Part shown: piece after piece, positions 1 to 8,580 of the stretch | How the letters are laid out: every line of letters starts with the position of its first letter | Position numbering within the stretch: the stretch's first letter is position 1 | Origin: a virus | Reading direction: 5' to 3' (one strand) | Virus record (IMG/VR): IMGVR_UViG_3300027770_003399 | Location: 32,001-96,000 of that record | Length of the DNA stretch: 64,000 nt | The notes under the pieces: model-generated | The model's database searches: none | What the model was told of the DNA's origin: nothing | The model's input: the letters and a program-made list of their open reading frames with translations, nothing else | Program-made: the position numbers and the translations under genes

Positions 1-378
1 GGTACTCTTAAAGTTTTCCCTATTCTTATCGGCGGATGGGGCCACCCGCCCACCGTAGCCTTGATCAGCCTGATCGAGCAAGAAATAGACCGAATGTTTT
101 CCATCAACTACTAGAAAGTTTACAATGTCCCTCCCGTATACCATTGCAATTGTTAAAAGTATCAACTCTAAAAAGAAATGAATAAAATGAAAAATCGAAG
201 AAAAGTATCGAATTATGAGAAAGCCCAAGCCCTAATGGAAGAGGCCACCCGTATAGGTATGAACAAAAAGATAACCTATCAAAAATGCCTCTGCCCCATT
301 TGTATCGAAGCTCGGAGCAAGCCCCACAGTGTTAAAGTTGTAATAGAGTCTTGAGTTTAGTATCAATAGAAAAAAGGT

Positions 379-588
379 ATGTATATGAATATGTTTGAAG
401 TTGTTGGGTATCTGGCGATTGTTTGGTTGCTCGGTTGTATAGTTTTCCTTCCGTGTTATGCTATCGTATGGTATTTTGTTAGTATGAAAAATAATAAGAT
501 ACCGATGAGTAGTGATAGCGTGTGGGTTAATGGTGTTAATATTCACCATGATACCAATGGTAACATCTCTAGTTTTGCAAAAGATTAG
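379..588 (+). CDS. small putative membrane protein
   Basis: ORF track; one hydrophobic stretch (VVGYLAIVWLLGCIVFLPCYAIVWYFV). Confidence 0.4.
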   Translation: MYMNMFEVVGYLAIVWLLGCIVFLPCYAIVWYFVSMKNNKIPMSSDSVWVNGVNIHHDTNGNISSFAKD

Positions 589-645
589 ATATGCTACCTA
601 CGGGGGGATAGTGTACAAATGCTACCCCCCTGAGATACTAGGTCT

Positions 646-850
646 TAAACCCTTACAGCGTAAGGACTTACGACAAGCGGGGGCCCGCCCGAAAGTTGTA
701 AGTTGTTTGGTAGCAACGACTTAGGGCGAATGACCAGTGCAAATACCGTGCCAAACTTTGTGTAAAAGATTTATTTTGTTTTGGCATGAGAAATTATTCC
801 GAGAAATTTCTTTTTTAGCTATTGCAAAGGGTTAGAATAGTCGATATAAT
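646..850 (+). repeat. paired-palindrome/promoter element copy 1
   Basis: Palindrome A 646-670, palindrome B 699-723, TTGCAA 822-827, 17-bp spacer, TATAAT 845-850. Confidence 0.95.
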
Positions 851-894
851 ACTTAGAGAAGAAGAAAAGAAGAAAAAGAAAAAAGGAAAAGAAA

Positions 895-1125
895 ATGGAT
901 ATGGATAAAGATAGCATCGAAATGGAACTTAAATACAGAGGGTATTCTCTCGTTCCCAGACTTGCGGGAAATGATCCTCACCTCAAAGCGGAGAATCTTA
1001 GGTGGAGAGTAACTTCCAATCATATCGATTGGGATTGGGATTTTAAGACTCTGGAAGAAGTGGTAGAGTTTATCGGTAAGGAAAAACAAATATTCAAACA
1101 GGTATGTCGCAGGTTATCAAAATAA
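895..1125 (+). CDS. hypothetical early protein
   Basis: ORF directly after the element-1 promoter and a purine-rich leader. Confidence 0.6.
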   Translation: MDMDKDSIEMELKYRGYSLVPRLAGNDPHLKAENLRWRVTSNHIDWDWDFKTLEEVVEFIGKEKQIFKQVCRRLSK

Positions 1126-1130
1126 GGAGA

Positions 1131-1421
1131 ATGATTATGAATGATGGTATTGCAAAAAAGATGGGTGACCGGGGTTTCTTCCACATGATGGAAAAGATGA
1201 TGGTTAATGTTGATGGTGTTGTGCAAGAAGTTGTATGTCATGGTACATTTAACGATCAACTAATGTTAAGTTCATCCGATTGGTATGGTATCAAAATGGT
1301 TGATATTGATAAAATCAGATGTCGGCCTTATCATCCTAGCTTTGAGAGTATTGTTGATGGTGAGTCGGATCAAGACTATTACAACTATATCGACGCGATT
1401 GATCAGGCTTTTCGTGATTGA
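1131..1421 (+). CDS. hypothetical protein, paralog of 1759-2163
   Basis: AAGGAG RBS before ATG 1131; 47/71 aa identical to the next cassette's ORF by manual alignment. Confidence 0.75.
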   Translation: MIMNDGIAKKMGDRGFFHMMEKMMVNVDGVVQEVVCHGTFNDQLMLSSSDWYGIKMVDIDKIRCRPYHPSFESIVDGESDQDYYNYIDAIDQAFRD

Positions 1422-1504
1422 GCACAAACACTACCCCCTGTATGAGGGGGACACTCTTGTGGGGGGATAGTGTACAAACGCTACCCCCCTGAGACACTAG
1501 ATCT

Positions 1505-1708
1505 TAAACCCTTACAGCGTAAGGACTTACGATTTTGGGGCGGGCCCCCGCAAGCTGTAAGTTCTTTGATACCAACGACTTAGAGCAAGCGTCCAGAGCA
1601 AATGGTGTGCCAAACTTTGTACAAAAGATTTATTTTGTTTTGGCATGAGAAATTATTCCGATAAATTTCTTTTTAGCTATTGCAAAAGCTGAGAATGGAC
1701 GATATAGT
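1505..1708 (+). repeat. paired-palindrome/promoter element copy 2
   Basis: A 1505-1529, B 1558-1582, TTGCAA 1680-1685, 17 bp, TATAGT 1703-1708. Confidence 0.95.
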
Positions 1709-1758
1709 GCTTAGAGAGTAACAAGAGAAGAAAACGAAAATAAGAAAAGAGAAAAAAG

Positions 1759-2163
1759 ATGACAAAGAACAACGACGGTCTTGCAAAAAAGTTCGGTGAT
1801 GTGGGTTTCTTCCACATGTTGGAAAGAATGATGGTCACGATTGAGGGCGAGAAAGAGCAGGTTGTGTGCCACGGCACGTTCGGAAGCCAGTTGCTTCTGA
1901 GTTCTCAAAAATGGGATGGAATCAAGATGGTCGATGTCGATAGCATTGTCTGTCGCCCTTTTCATCCGGTCTTCACCAGCATTATGCTGGGAGATCAAAG
2001 CAAGGAAAATCTTCTGGAATACTGGCATTGGGTCGGTCTGCCTCAAGACCATCTCTATGTCGATTGGGACGTGATGTATTTGAGCGAAATGGAAGCGATC
2101 TGTATGGACGGACTACAAGAGGAGGACTACCCTCTTAATTGCGAAGCTGATTGGGGGAAGTAA
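1759..2163 (+). CDS. hypothetical protein, paralog of 1131-1421
   Basis: Shared GFFHM, VVCHGTF, GIKMVD and CRPxHP blocks. Confidence 0.75.
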   Translation: MTKNNDGLAKKFGDVGFFHMLERMMVTIEGEKEQVVCHGTFGSQLLLSSQKWDGIKMVDVDSIVCRPFHPVFTSIMLGDQSKENLLEYWHWVGLPQDHLYVDWDVMYLSEMEAICMDGLQEEDYPLNCEADWGK

Positions 2164-2364
2164 ACCCTTACAGCGTAAGAACTTAGAGCAAGCAGGGGCC
2201 CGCCCGAAAGTTGTAAGTTGTTTGATACCAACGACTTAGAGCAAACGCCCAGAGCAAATACCGTGCCAAACTTTGTACAAAAGAATTATTTTTATTTGGC
2301 ATGAGAAATTATTCCGATAAATTTCTTTTTTCCTATTGCAAAAGAATAGAATGGTCGATATAAT
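2161..2364 (+). repeat. paired-palindrome/promoter element copy 3
   Basis: A 2161-2185, B 2214-2238, TTGCAA 2336-2341, 17 bp, TATAAT 2359-2364. Confidence 0.95.
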
Positions 2365-2403
2365 GCTTAGAGAAGAAGAAATCACCACAACGGAGAGAAA
2401 AAC

Positions 2404-2622
2404 ATGTCACATTACGAAAACGACGATTATGAGTGTGCAGACGATCCTTTTTGTCCTCCTGCTTTCCCCATCTCTGATGAGTCGGACTATATGCCCGGCT
2501 ATGATGACGGAGCATATGATGCTGACGAGGTTGACGAAGATGAGTCTGACTATATGCCCGGATGGGATGATGGCGAATGGGATGATCATGAGAGTCTGTG
2601 CGGCGAAGAGGATTTCGCCTAG
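2404..2622 (+). CDS. small, extremely acidic protein
   Basis: 72 aa, D/E-rich, internal duplication DESDYMPG(Y/W)DDG; follows the element-3 promoter. Confidence 0.6.
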   Translation: MSHYENDDYECADDPFCPPAFPISDESDYMPGYDDGAYDADEVDEDESDYMPGWDDGEWDDHESLCGEEDFA

Positions 2623-2690
2623 TACCTGTGGGGGGATAGTGTACAAACGCTACCCCCCTATGAGGGTATGCCATTACCCAGGTATGCTTA

Positions 2691-2743
2691 TAGTCTCACC
2701 AAATCCACGGAGATTGACTAAATTGGCTATAGTCAGCGAGAAT
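2691..2743. repeat. hairpin-TAGTCAGCGAG repeat family, single copy
   Basis: Near-identical to the 64-bp unit at 6860-7045. Confidence 0.85.
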
Positions 2744-2768
2744 CACCCCCCCACAACATACTAGATCT

Positions 2769-2970
2769 TAAACCCTTACCCCGTAAGGAGTTACGAAAAG
2801 CTTTCGCCCGCCCGAAAGTTGTAAGTTGTTTGGTAGCAACGACTTAGAGCAAGCGTCCTGTGCAAATACTGTGCCAAACTTTCTCAAAAGAATTATTTTA
2901 TTTGGCATGGTAAATTATTTCCCGAATTTCTTTTTTTCCTATTGCAAAATCATAGGATGGTCGATATAAT
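2769..2970 (+). repeat. paired-palindrome/promoter element copy 4
   Basis: A 2769-2793, B 2822-2846, TTGCAA 2942-2947, 17 bp, TATAAT 2965-2970. Confidence 0.95.
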
Positions 2971-2997
2971 CTTTAGAGAAAAGAAAAGAGAAAAAAG

Positions 2998-3333
2998 ATG
3001 AACAAGATGGTAAGAAAAGCGAAACGATTGGCTCGCAAATGTTTTCTAGGGATCGCTATTCCCACCCTTAAAAAATCAGTCGATGGTGGTTGGGTCGAGT
3101 GTGAAAAAGTTTGGAAGTTTAACCGAATTTCTTTATTGTCTCCACCTACCAAAAAGACGAGTAAAAAGCAACTGGTAAACCCAGCAGCAGACTTGGCCTT
3201 TGTAAAAGCTGGTCGTCCCGGAAGCAAGGAACGAATGGAATCATATAAGCTTCAATACGAAGCTATTGAGGAGAAAGATGAATATGGCATGACTATTATT
3301 CCTGAAGGAAATATGTCGTTGTTTGCTGAATAG
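2998..3333 (+). CDS. hypothetical basic protein
   Basis: ORF after the element-4 promoter. Confidence 0.55.
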   Translation: MNKMVRKAKRLARKCFLGIAIPTLKKSVDGGWVECEKVWKFNRISLLSPPTKKTSKKQLVNPAADLAFVKAGRPGSKERMESYKLQYEAIEEKDEYGMTIIPEGNMSLFAE

Positions 3334-3382
3334 GGTATTGACAAGAAAATAATTTAAGGTATAACGGAAACAAGGAGAAATT

Positions 3383-3679
3383 ATGATGACAAAAGATGAG
3401 CTAGTACAGGTTGAGAGCTATAATGGTTGGAAAAATTATGAGACTTGGAATGTTTCCCTCTGGATAGTGAATGATGAGAGGTACTATAACATTGCCAAAA
3501 AAACACGAGATTATACATATTTTTTATATGCTCTTGAGAGGGAGTATCATCTACAGCCCTCATGGCACTGCGGATTACCGAACGGGCTTATCAAGAACAC
3601 AACTCCTGACGGTGTTTCTTGGATCGACCGTAGAATTGATGTTGGTGCGATCAATAAGATGCTAGGAGAATTGGCATAA
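3383..3679 (+). CDS. conserved phage hypothetical protein (NGWxNYETWNVxLW type)
   Basis: Own TTGACA(3338)-TATAAC(3360) promoter, AAGGAG RBS; motif recalled from phage hypotheticals. Confidence 0.7.
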   Translation: MMTKDELVQVESYNGWKNYETWNVSLWIVNDERYYNIAKKTRDYTYFLYALEREYHLQPSWHCGLPNGLIKNTTPDGVSWIDRRIDVGAINKMLGELA

Positions 3680-3837
3680 TGACTTATAAAGAATTGCTCG
3701 ATAGGTTACAAGAACTTGATCAAGAAAAGTTAAGTGGGCCTGTTAAGGTGTGGAATGATAATGATAGTCAATATATGGAACTGTTGACTTTCAACGATAT
3801 AGAAGTTTTTTGGGCCAGTTTTCCGACCATATTTTAG
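3679..3837 (+). CDS. small hypothetical protein (52 aa, below the ORF-track cutoff)
   Basis: ATG overlaps the upstream stop (TAATG); open frame to TAG 3835-3837. Confidence 0.45.
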   Translation: MTYKELLDRLQELDQEKLSGPVKVWNDNDSQYMELLTFNDIEVFWASFPTIF

Positions 3838-4119
3838 GGGAAATAGTATGATGATGGAAGTATATCTAGGTATTGTTTTTGTAACGTCTTTAATTGGGGC
3901 GTTTGGTATTGGTGTTACTGGTACTCTCTTGTATGTTATTTATAAGGAGGATAAGATTGGATATTGATAATATTGAAAATCTTTATGAGATGGAAGATAG
4001 TCTCTATCGTAATGTTGAAATGGAATGTCCTGAATATCTGGTAGGTGATAACTTGTGTGATTATAATTCAGAAACAGACAGTTATCATTATAAGTATTGA
4101 TTTATTATACTACCACCCG

Positions 4120-4324
4120 TAAACCCTTTGGTCGTAAGAACTTAGGGCAAGCGGGGGCCCGCCCGGAAGTTGTAAGTTCTTTGGCAGCAACGACTTAGAG
4201 CGAATGCCCCGTGCAAATACTGTGCCAAACTTTGTACAAAAGATTTATTTTGTTTTGGCATGAGAAATTATTCCGAGAAATTTCTTTTTTAGCTATTGCA
4301 AAAGATTAGAAGTGTCGATATAAT
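4120..4324 (+). repeat. paired-palindrome/promoter element copy 5
   Basis: A 4120-4144, B 4173-4197, TTGCAA 4296-4301, 17 bp, TATAAT 4319-4324. Confidence 0.95.
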
Positions 4325-4366
4325 ACATGGAGAAGAAGAAAACAAGAAAAGGAAAAGGAAAAGAAA

Positions 4367-4756
4367 ATGTACGATCTACAAAAAGCGGTCAGAGAAAAAG
4401 AGAGAGCAATGAAAGCACTAGAATATGCACAAAACGAATTCGAGATTTGTGAGGCTCAGTTGGAAAGTGTGCTAAAAGACATGAAGAAAAATTGGATAGC
4501 GGCGGAGAAAAAATGGGCGAGTAGTGTTCTGAATCTCGTAGAGGCTCGCAAAGCTGCCAGTGCTGCGGCTCTTGTGCGAAGCGTCGGAATCCCAATAGTA
4601 ACGTCTCAAAGCGTTAAAGATTGGCAGCAAGAGGTAATAGAAACTAGGAACGATGTTGCAAGAGAACACAATGCCTACCTATTGGCCTGCGAATGTGCGG
4701 GGGTTGTCCGAGAGGGCAAAATCAATGAGGGAACGGGTCTTGCTTTATTGTCCTGA
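4367..4756 (+). CDS. hypothetical coiled-coil protein
   Basis: Helical heptad-like composition; follows the element-5 promoter. Confidence 0.6.
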   Translation: MYDLQKAVREKERAMKALEYAQNEFEICEAQLESVLKDMKKNWIAAEKKWASSVLNLVEARKAASAAALVRSVGIPIVTSQSVKDWQQEVIETRNDVAREHNAYLLACECAGVVREGKINEGTGLALLS

Positions 4757-4800
4757 GTCTAAAGAGTTGTAATTAAAGAAAAAGAAAAGAGAAAAAGAAA

Positions 4801-5208
4801 ATGAAACTAGAAACATACGAAGCAGCAATAGCAGCGATTGAGAAAACTCGAAACAAAGTATCCAAGAGAGTGTCGGCCAATACTACCCTCTACAAAATTG
4901 TGGCTGTGGATGGTACGGTAACTGTGGGAGTAAAACTCTATGATACATTTGTGGTCATCATGCACCCGGATCATTCGGTATTATTTTCGGGAGGTTATAA
5001 AACCAGCACTACAAAAAAGAGAATCAATAACTATAGCTTGTGTTCGATATTTCAAAAAGACTTTGAATGGTTTGTGAAAGATGGTACCCCTTTTGAGGAG
5101 GGGATCGTAGTAGATCGTGGGGGGGCATTGCTATCTTTGACTCCTCAGAGTTTAGAGTGTGCATCATTTATACTCCCGCCCCTAACTCCTTTGGTCATAG
5201 GAACTTAG
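4801..5208 (+). CDS. conserved phage hypothetical protein
   Basis: GGYKTSTTKKRIN motif recalled from phage hypotheticals; 3' end reads into element copy 6. Confidence 0.65.
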   Translation: MKLETYEAAIAAIEKTRNKVSKRVSANTTLYKIVAVDGTVTVGVKLYDTFVVIMHPDHSVLFSGGYKTSTTKKRINNYSLCSIFQKDFEWFVKDGTPFEEGIVVDRGGALLSLTPQSLECASFILPPLTPLVIGT

Positions 5209-5351
5209 GGCAAGCGGGCCCCCGCCCGGAAGTTGTAAGTTGTTTGATACCAACGACTTAGAGCGAATACCCAGTGCAAATGGTGTGCCAAAAAAATATT
5301 TTAATAAATTTCTTTTTAGCTATTGCAAAAGAATAGAAGAGACGATATAAT
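5183..5351 (+). repeat. paired-palindrome/promoter element copy 6 (short variant)
   Basis: A 5183-5207, B 5236-5260, TTGCAA 5323-5328, 17 bp, TATAAT 5346-5351. Confidence 0.95.
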
Positions 5352-5391
5352 ACGTAGAGAAGAAGAAATCACACCACAGGGAGAGAAAAAC

Positions 5392-5661
5392 GTGTTCAAT
5401 ACGCCATATGCTTTGTCGGATCGTACAACTCGGACGATTACCGCAGTGGACATGATCGAGTTTAGTGGGCTGTCCACTAGCGGTAGTAAATTCAAAATAG
5501 TCACTAAACTTGAGGATGCCCAGCGTTGGGTCAACGGAGAGTTCATTCAAAATTGTTTCCCTTATCTCAATGCTGATGAGCGTGAAATTCTGATGACGGG
5601 AATCGACGCTCAGACTTGGGAAACCATGTTAGTAGGAATGCAGGAGGAAGAGGAAGTATGA
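5392..5661 (+). CDS. conserved phage hypothetical protein (FPYLxADEREILMTGI type)
   Basis: GTG start after a GGGAG RBS; the ORF-track start at 5323 lies inside the promoter. Confidence 0.65.
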   Translation: MFNTPYALSDRTTRTITAVDMIEFSGLSTSGSKFKIVTKLEDAQRWVNGEFIQNCFPYLNADEREILMTGIDAQTWETMLVGMQEEEEV

Positions 5662-5704
5662 ATACCGATACCTAATTGCAAAAGAACAGAAGAGATGATA
5701 TAAT

Positions 5705-5825
5705 ACATATATTCCGGTACCATCCCGAATACGGGTGGTGGAGCGAATTAACGCCACGGCGCTACACCCGTGTCTTATCACTAATCAGGTAAGATCGCTG
5801 AATTAACAGCCGGACACCGCACACA
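5705..5825 (+). ncRNA. candidate structured ncRNA 1
   Basis: Non-coding tract after TTGCAA(5676)-17-TATAAT(5699); nested stems TCCGG/CCGGA, CGGGTG/CACCCG, TCTTA/TAAGA, GCTG/CAGC; 3' motif shared with 6848-6862. Confidence 0.45.
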
Positions 5826-5849
5826 GAGGAAAAGAAAAAAGGAAAAAAA

Positions 5850-6482
5850 ATGAAACCGCTCACCGAACGACAAACTGCTATCTACGAATTCATTCGAGAG
5901 AAGATTCAGTCTCGCGGATATGGTCCGACCATCAGGGAAATCGGTGATGCTTTCCAAATTCATTCACTCAATGGAGTGATATGCCACCTAAAAGCTCTGG
6001 AGAAAAAGGGGTGGATTACACGTGGAAAGAAAATGTCAAGAGCAATCCAACTCCTTGGTGAGCCACCGATGGTATATACGACTCAGCATAAAGTTGCTGT
6101 TGCCATGATTGAATCGACGTATGAAGCCTATAAAGACTGGAAAAGTCATGATAAGGAATATTTGACCGACGAATTAAATAACTATAATGACAACATTCCA
6201 GTATGGCGAGATATGGATGATAACACCAAGTGCGCAGCGATTGAATACGTATACAACAAGCGTGATACTATTGAGCTTCATTCTGATATTGTTGAATCTT
6301 GGGTACAAGCAACAGCGTATTTTATGTTATATAATTTTTGTAGTGATATTACAAATGGAGAAGAGCCAGATTTGGAAATGTTTTTTGATGATCTGGATTT
6401 TATGTTGGACGAAGAAATTCTCAACGATAGTGATGTTCAAAAGATAATGGGAATAAGTTCAGATTTTACAAAAAAGTTCTAA
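5850..6482 (+). CDS. LexA-type winged-HTH DNA-binding domain fused to an unrelated acidic C-terminal domain
   Basis: LTERQ..IYEFI...I..RGYGPTIREIG..F.I.S.NGV..HLKALEKKG.I.R....SRAI matches the LexA N-terminal domain; no S24 peptidase motifs follow. Confidence 0.85.
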   Translation: MKPLTERQTAIYEFIREKIQSRGYGPTIREIGDAFQIHSLNGVICHLKALEKKGWITRGKKMSRAIQLLGEPPMVYTTQHKVAVAMIESTYEAYKDWKSHDKEYLTDELNNYNDNIPVWRDMDDNTKCAAIEYVYNKRDTIELHSDIVESWVQATAYFMLYNFCSDITNGEEPDLEMFFDDLDFMLDEEILNDSDVQKIMGISSDFTKKF

Positions 6483-6511
6483 TGAAACTACGCTCCTCTT
6501 TCTTCTCTCCG

Positions 6512-6680
6512 TAAACCCTTTGATCGTAAGAACTTAGGGCGAGCGGGGGCCCGCCCGAAAGTTGTAAGTCCTTTGATAGCAACGACTTAGAGCAAACACC
6601 CAGAGCAAATACTGTGCCAAAAAAATATTTTAATAAATTTCTTTTTCCCTATTGCAAAAGAACAGAAGAGACGATATAAT
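6512..6680 (+). repeat. paired-palindrome/promoter element copy 7 (short variant)
   Basis: A 6512-6536, B 6565-6589, TTGCAA 6652-6657, 17 bp, TATAAT 6675-6680. Confidence 0.95.
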
Positions 6681-6684
6681 ACAT

Positions 6685-6862
6685 ACATAGGCCAGTAACT
6701 GCGAGAGGGAAGCAGGGCGACGAGATTAAAAAATCTCTAAGGACCAGTGCCGTGGGCAGTTCCAGTATTGATGCTTTCGAGCAGGGAGAAATTTCCCTAG
6801 ATACTGATTATAGAACCGGATCGTAAATGGTTCGCTGGTAACAATACAACAGCCGGATACCG
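6685..6862 (+). ncRNA. candidate structured ncRNA 2
   Basis: No ORF after a consensus promoter; stems CTGC/GCAG, GAGATT/AATCTC, TGCC/GGCA, CAGTAT/ATACTG, TGCT-TTCG-AGCA, AGGGA/TCCCT, GAACC/GGTTC, GCTG/CAGC. Confidence 0.55.
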
Positions 6863-7045
6863 TTTAGTCTCACCAAATCCACGGGGATTGGCTAAATTGG
6901 CTATAGTCAGCGAGAATGCGGGGCCGTTTAGTCTCACCAAATCCACGGGGATTGGCTAAATTGGCTATAGTCAGCGAGAATGCGGGGCCGTTTAGTCTCA
7001 CCAAATCCACGGGGATTGGCTAAATTGGTTATAGTCAGCGAGAAT
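6860..7045. repeat. tandem repeat, about 2.9 x 64 bp (hairpin-TAGTCAGCGAG family)
   Basis: Units start at 6860, 6924 and 6988 and are almost identical. Confidence 0.95.
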
Positions 7046-7066
7046 CCCCCCGAACATACTAGATCT

Positions 7067-7247
7067 TAAACCCTTACCACGTAAGGACTTACGAAAAGCT
7101 TTCGCCCGCCCGGAAGTTGTAAGTTCTTTGATACCAACGACTTAGGGCGAACTCGCTGTGCAAATACTGTGCCAAACTTTGTACAAAAGATTTTCACAAT
7201 AATTCATGCTAGAGCCTATTGACAACCGATAATAGGTATGGTATAAC
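7067..7247 (+). repeat. paired-palindrome/promoter element copy 8
   Basis: A 7067-7091, B 7120-7144, TTGACA 7219-7224, 17 bp, TATAAC 7242-7247. Confidence 0.95.
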
Positions 7248-7272
7248 GATGGAAAGAGAAAGAGGAGAAAGA

Positions 7273-7479
7273 ATGTTCCCAACAAAATTTATGGATCACT
7301 CGGCCTACATGAAGAAGGTCAAACGAATGACTCAGGCTGAATTGGAATATACCATCAAAGATTGTAAAGAGGTATTGGCCGTGTGGGTTGACCACCCCAA
7401 TTGTGGGTACTATTCAGATGAGATATGTTACTGTTCGACGGAACTACACAGAAGGAAAGTAAAGGCCCAAAATGTATAA
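7273..7479 (+). CDS. hypothetical protein
   Basis: AGGAG RBS before ATG 7273; the track start 7219 is the -35 box. Confidence 0.6.
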   Translation: MFPTKFMDHSAYMKKVKRMTQAELEYTIKDCKEVLAVWVDHPNCGYYSDEICYCSTELHRRKVKAQNV

Positions 7480-7864
7480 AGTAAGATTTCACCTCGGTGC
7501 TGGTAAACATTACAAGCATTGGCAGATTCGGTCGGAATGCGGAGTGTCGTATTACTGGCCTATCGAGGTTCAACTCTTTTTGTTTAACTGTGTGCTAAAA
7601 AGCAATAAGAAGAAAGCATACAAGGTATATGCTGAACAGGTGCGTGACGTGTGTGGTTGGGTCGAGTGTGACAATGTTAAAGTCGAAGATATGACTTTTG
7701 CATATGAGCCTATTACAGTGGAGGGATTGCCAAGGATCACATATGATCCGAAGGTAACGCCGTATTGGAAGATCGAGGGAGATAGCGATAATTATGAAAT
7801 GTTAAGAGTACAAAGAGTAGTATCAAATGGTAATAAATTATTTATGAGAGAGAGCTATGTATGA
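7472..7864 (+). CDS. hypothetical protein
   Basis: ORF track; overlaps the upstream stop. Confidence 0.6.
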   Translation: MYKVRFHLGAGKHYKHWQIRSECGVSYYWPIEVQLFLFNCVLKSNKKKAYKVYAEQVRDVCGWVECDNVKVEDMTFAYEPITVEGLPRITYDPKVTPYWKIEGDSDNYEMLRVQRVVSNGNKLFMRESYV

Positions 7865-7936
7865 TCCCGTAGCTCAAATGGATAGAGCAACAACCTTCTA
7901 AGTTGTGGGTTGCAAGTTCAAGTCTTGCCGGGGTTA
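7863..7936 (+). tRNA. tRNA-Arg(TCT)
   Basis: Cloverleaf; anticodon arm ACAAC-CTTCTAA-GTTGT; TTCAAGT T-loop; no encoded CCA. Confidence 0.93.
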
Positions 7937-8009
7937 TTGACAAAGTGTTTTTTTGTGGTAAAATGTCGTAGTGTTCTAAGTTGTTCGATTGTTCAAAGGG
8001 AGAGTTTTT

Positions 8010-8402
8010 ATGAGTAGTATGGAATTGGCTTATGTTGTTGGTGTTTTTAGTTTGACCTCTGGCCTTATTGGTGGGTTGGTCGCTATGTATCTGAATGGGA
8101 CTTATATTCCTCTGAAGGAAGCCCATCCCGGTGATGTTGTGAATTTTGTTTATCTCCAACCTGCTGCTGGACAACCCGAAAGGTATCTGGCTAAAGTTGT
8201 TGGAGTAAGTAAGTTGACGCAAGAACAAATTGCTCGACTTGATAAGAAAAGTTATTATCGATCTAAGGATGTTGCTTTCAAGAGAACAGAGCACCTTATC
8301 AAATGTGTTATGAAAGACGGTACGTTGAGAAATTTCTATGCGGAACGAACAGTAGATTGTAAAAAAGTCCCGTTCGGAGGAATTTTCCACAAAGTATCTT
8401 GA
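8010..8402 (+). CDS. hypothetical protein with an N-terminal membrane anchor
   Basis: GGGAG RBS; hydrophobic N-terminus. Confidence 0.6.
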   Translation: MSSMELAYVVGVFSLTSGLIGGLVAMYLNGTYIPLKEAHPGDVVNFVYLQPAAGQPERYLAKVVGVSKLTQEQIARLDKKSYYRSKDVAFKRTEHLIKCVMKDGTLRNFYAERTVDCKKVPFGGIFHKVS

Positions 8403-8416
8403 TACTCCCTGCCTCG

Positions 8417-8554
8417 CAAACCCTCTGTGCGTAAGCACTTAGGGCGAGCGGGCCCCCGCCCGGAAGTTGCAAGTTCTTATGGGGTAAGACTTTGCATCAT
8501 ATTATTTTTTCCTAAAGATTTCCTCTTGACAAGTCGATTTATATCGTATACAAT
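8417..8554 (+). repeat. paired-palindrome/promoter element copy 9 (degenerate)
   Basis: A 8417-8441, B 8470-8494, TTGACA 8526-8531, 17 bp, TACAAT 8549-8554. Confidence 0.85.
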
Positions 8555-8580
8555 AATCAGACACAAAGGGAGAAAATCTA

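Noticed and set aside
2333-2764. ORFs 2336-2764 (+) and 2333-2674 (-), and similar short antisense ORFs throughout
   Set aside because: They start inside promoters or overlap better-supported genes and repeats, with no RBS or recognisable motifs
5705-6862. Assignment of the candidate RNAs to hammerhead, twister, pistol or HDV ribozymes
   Set aside because: Diagnostic cores such as CUGAUGA...GAAA were not found by eye; an Infernal search is needed
6860-7045. CRISPR array at the 64-bp tandem repeats
   Set aside because: Units are near-identical along their whole length, with no unique spacers and no cas genes in the window
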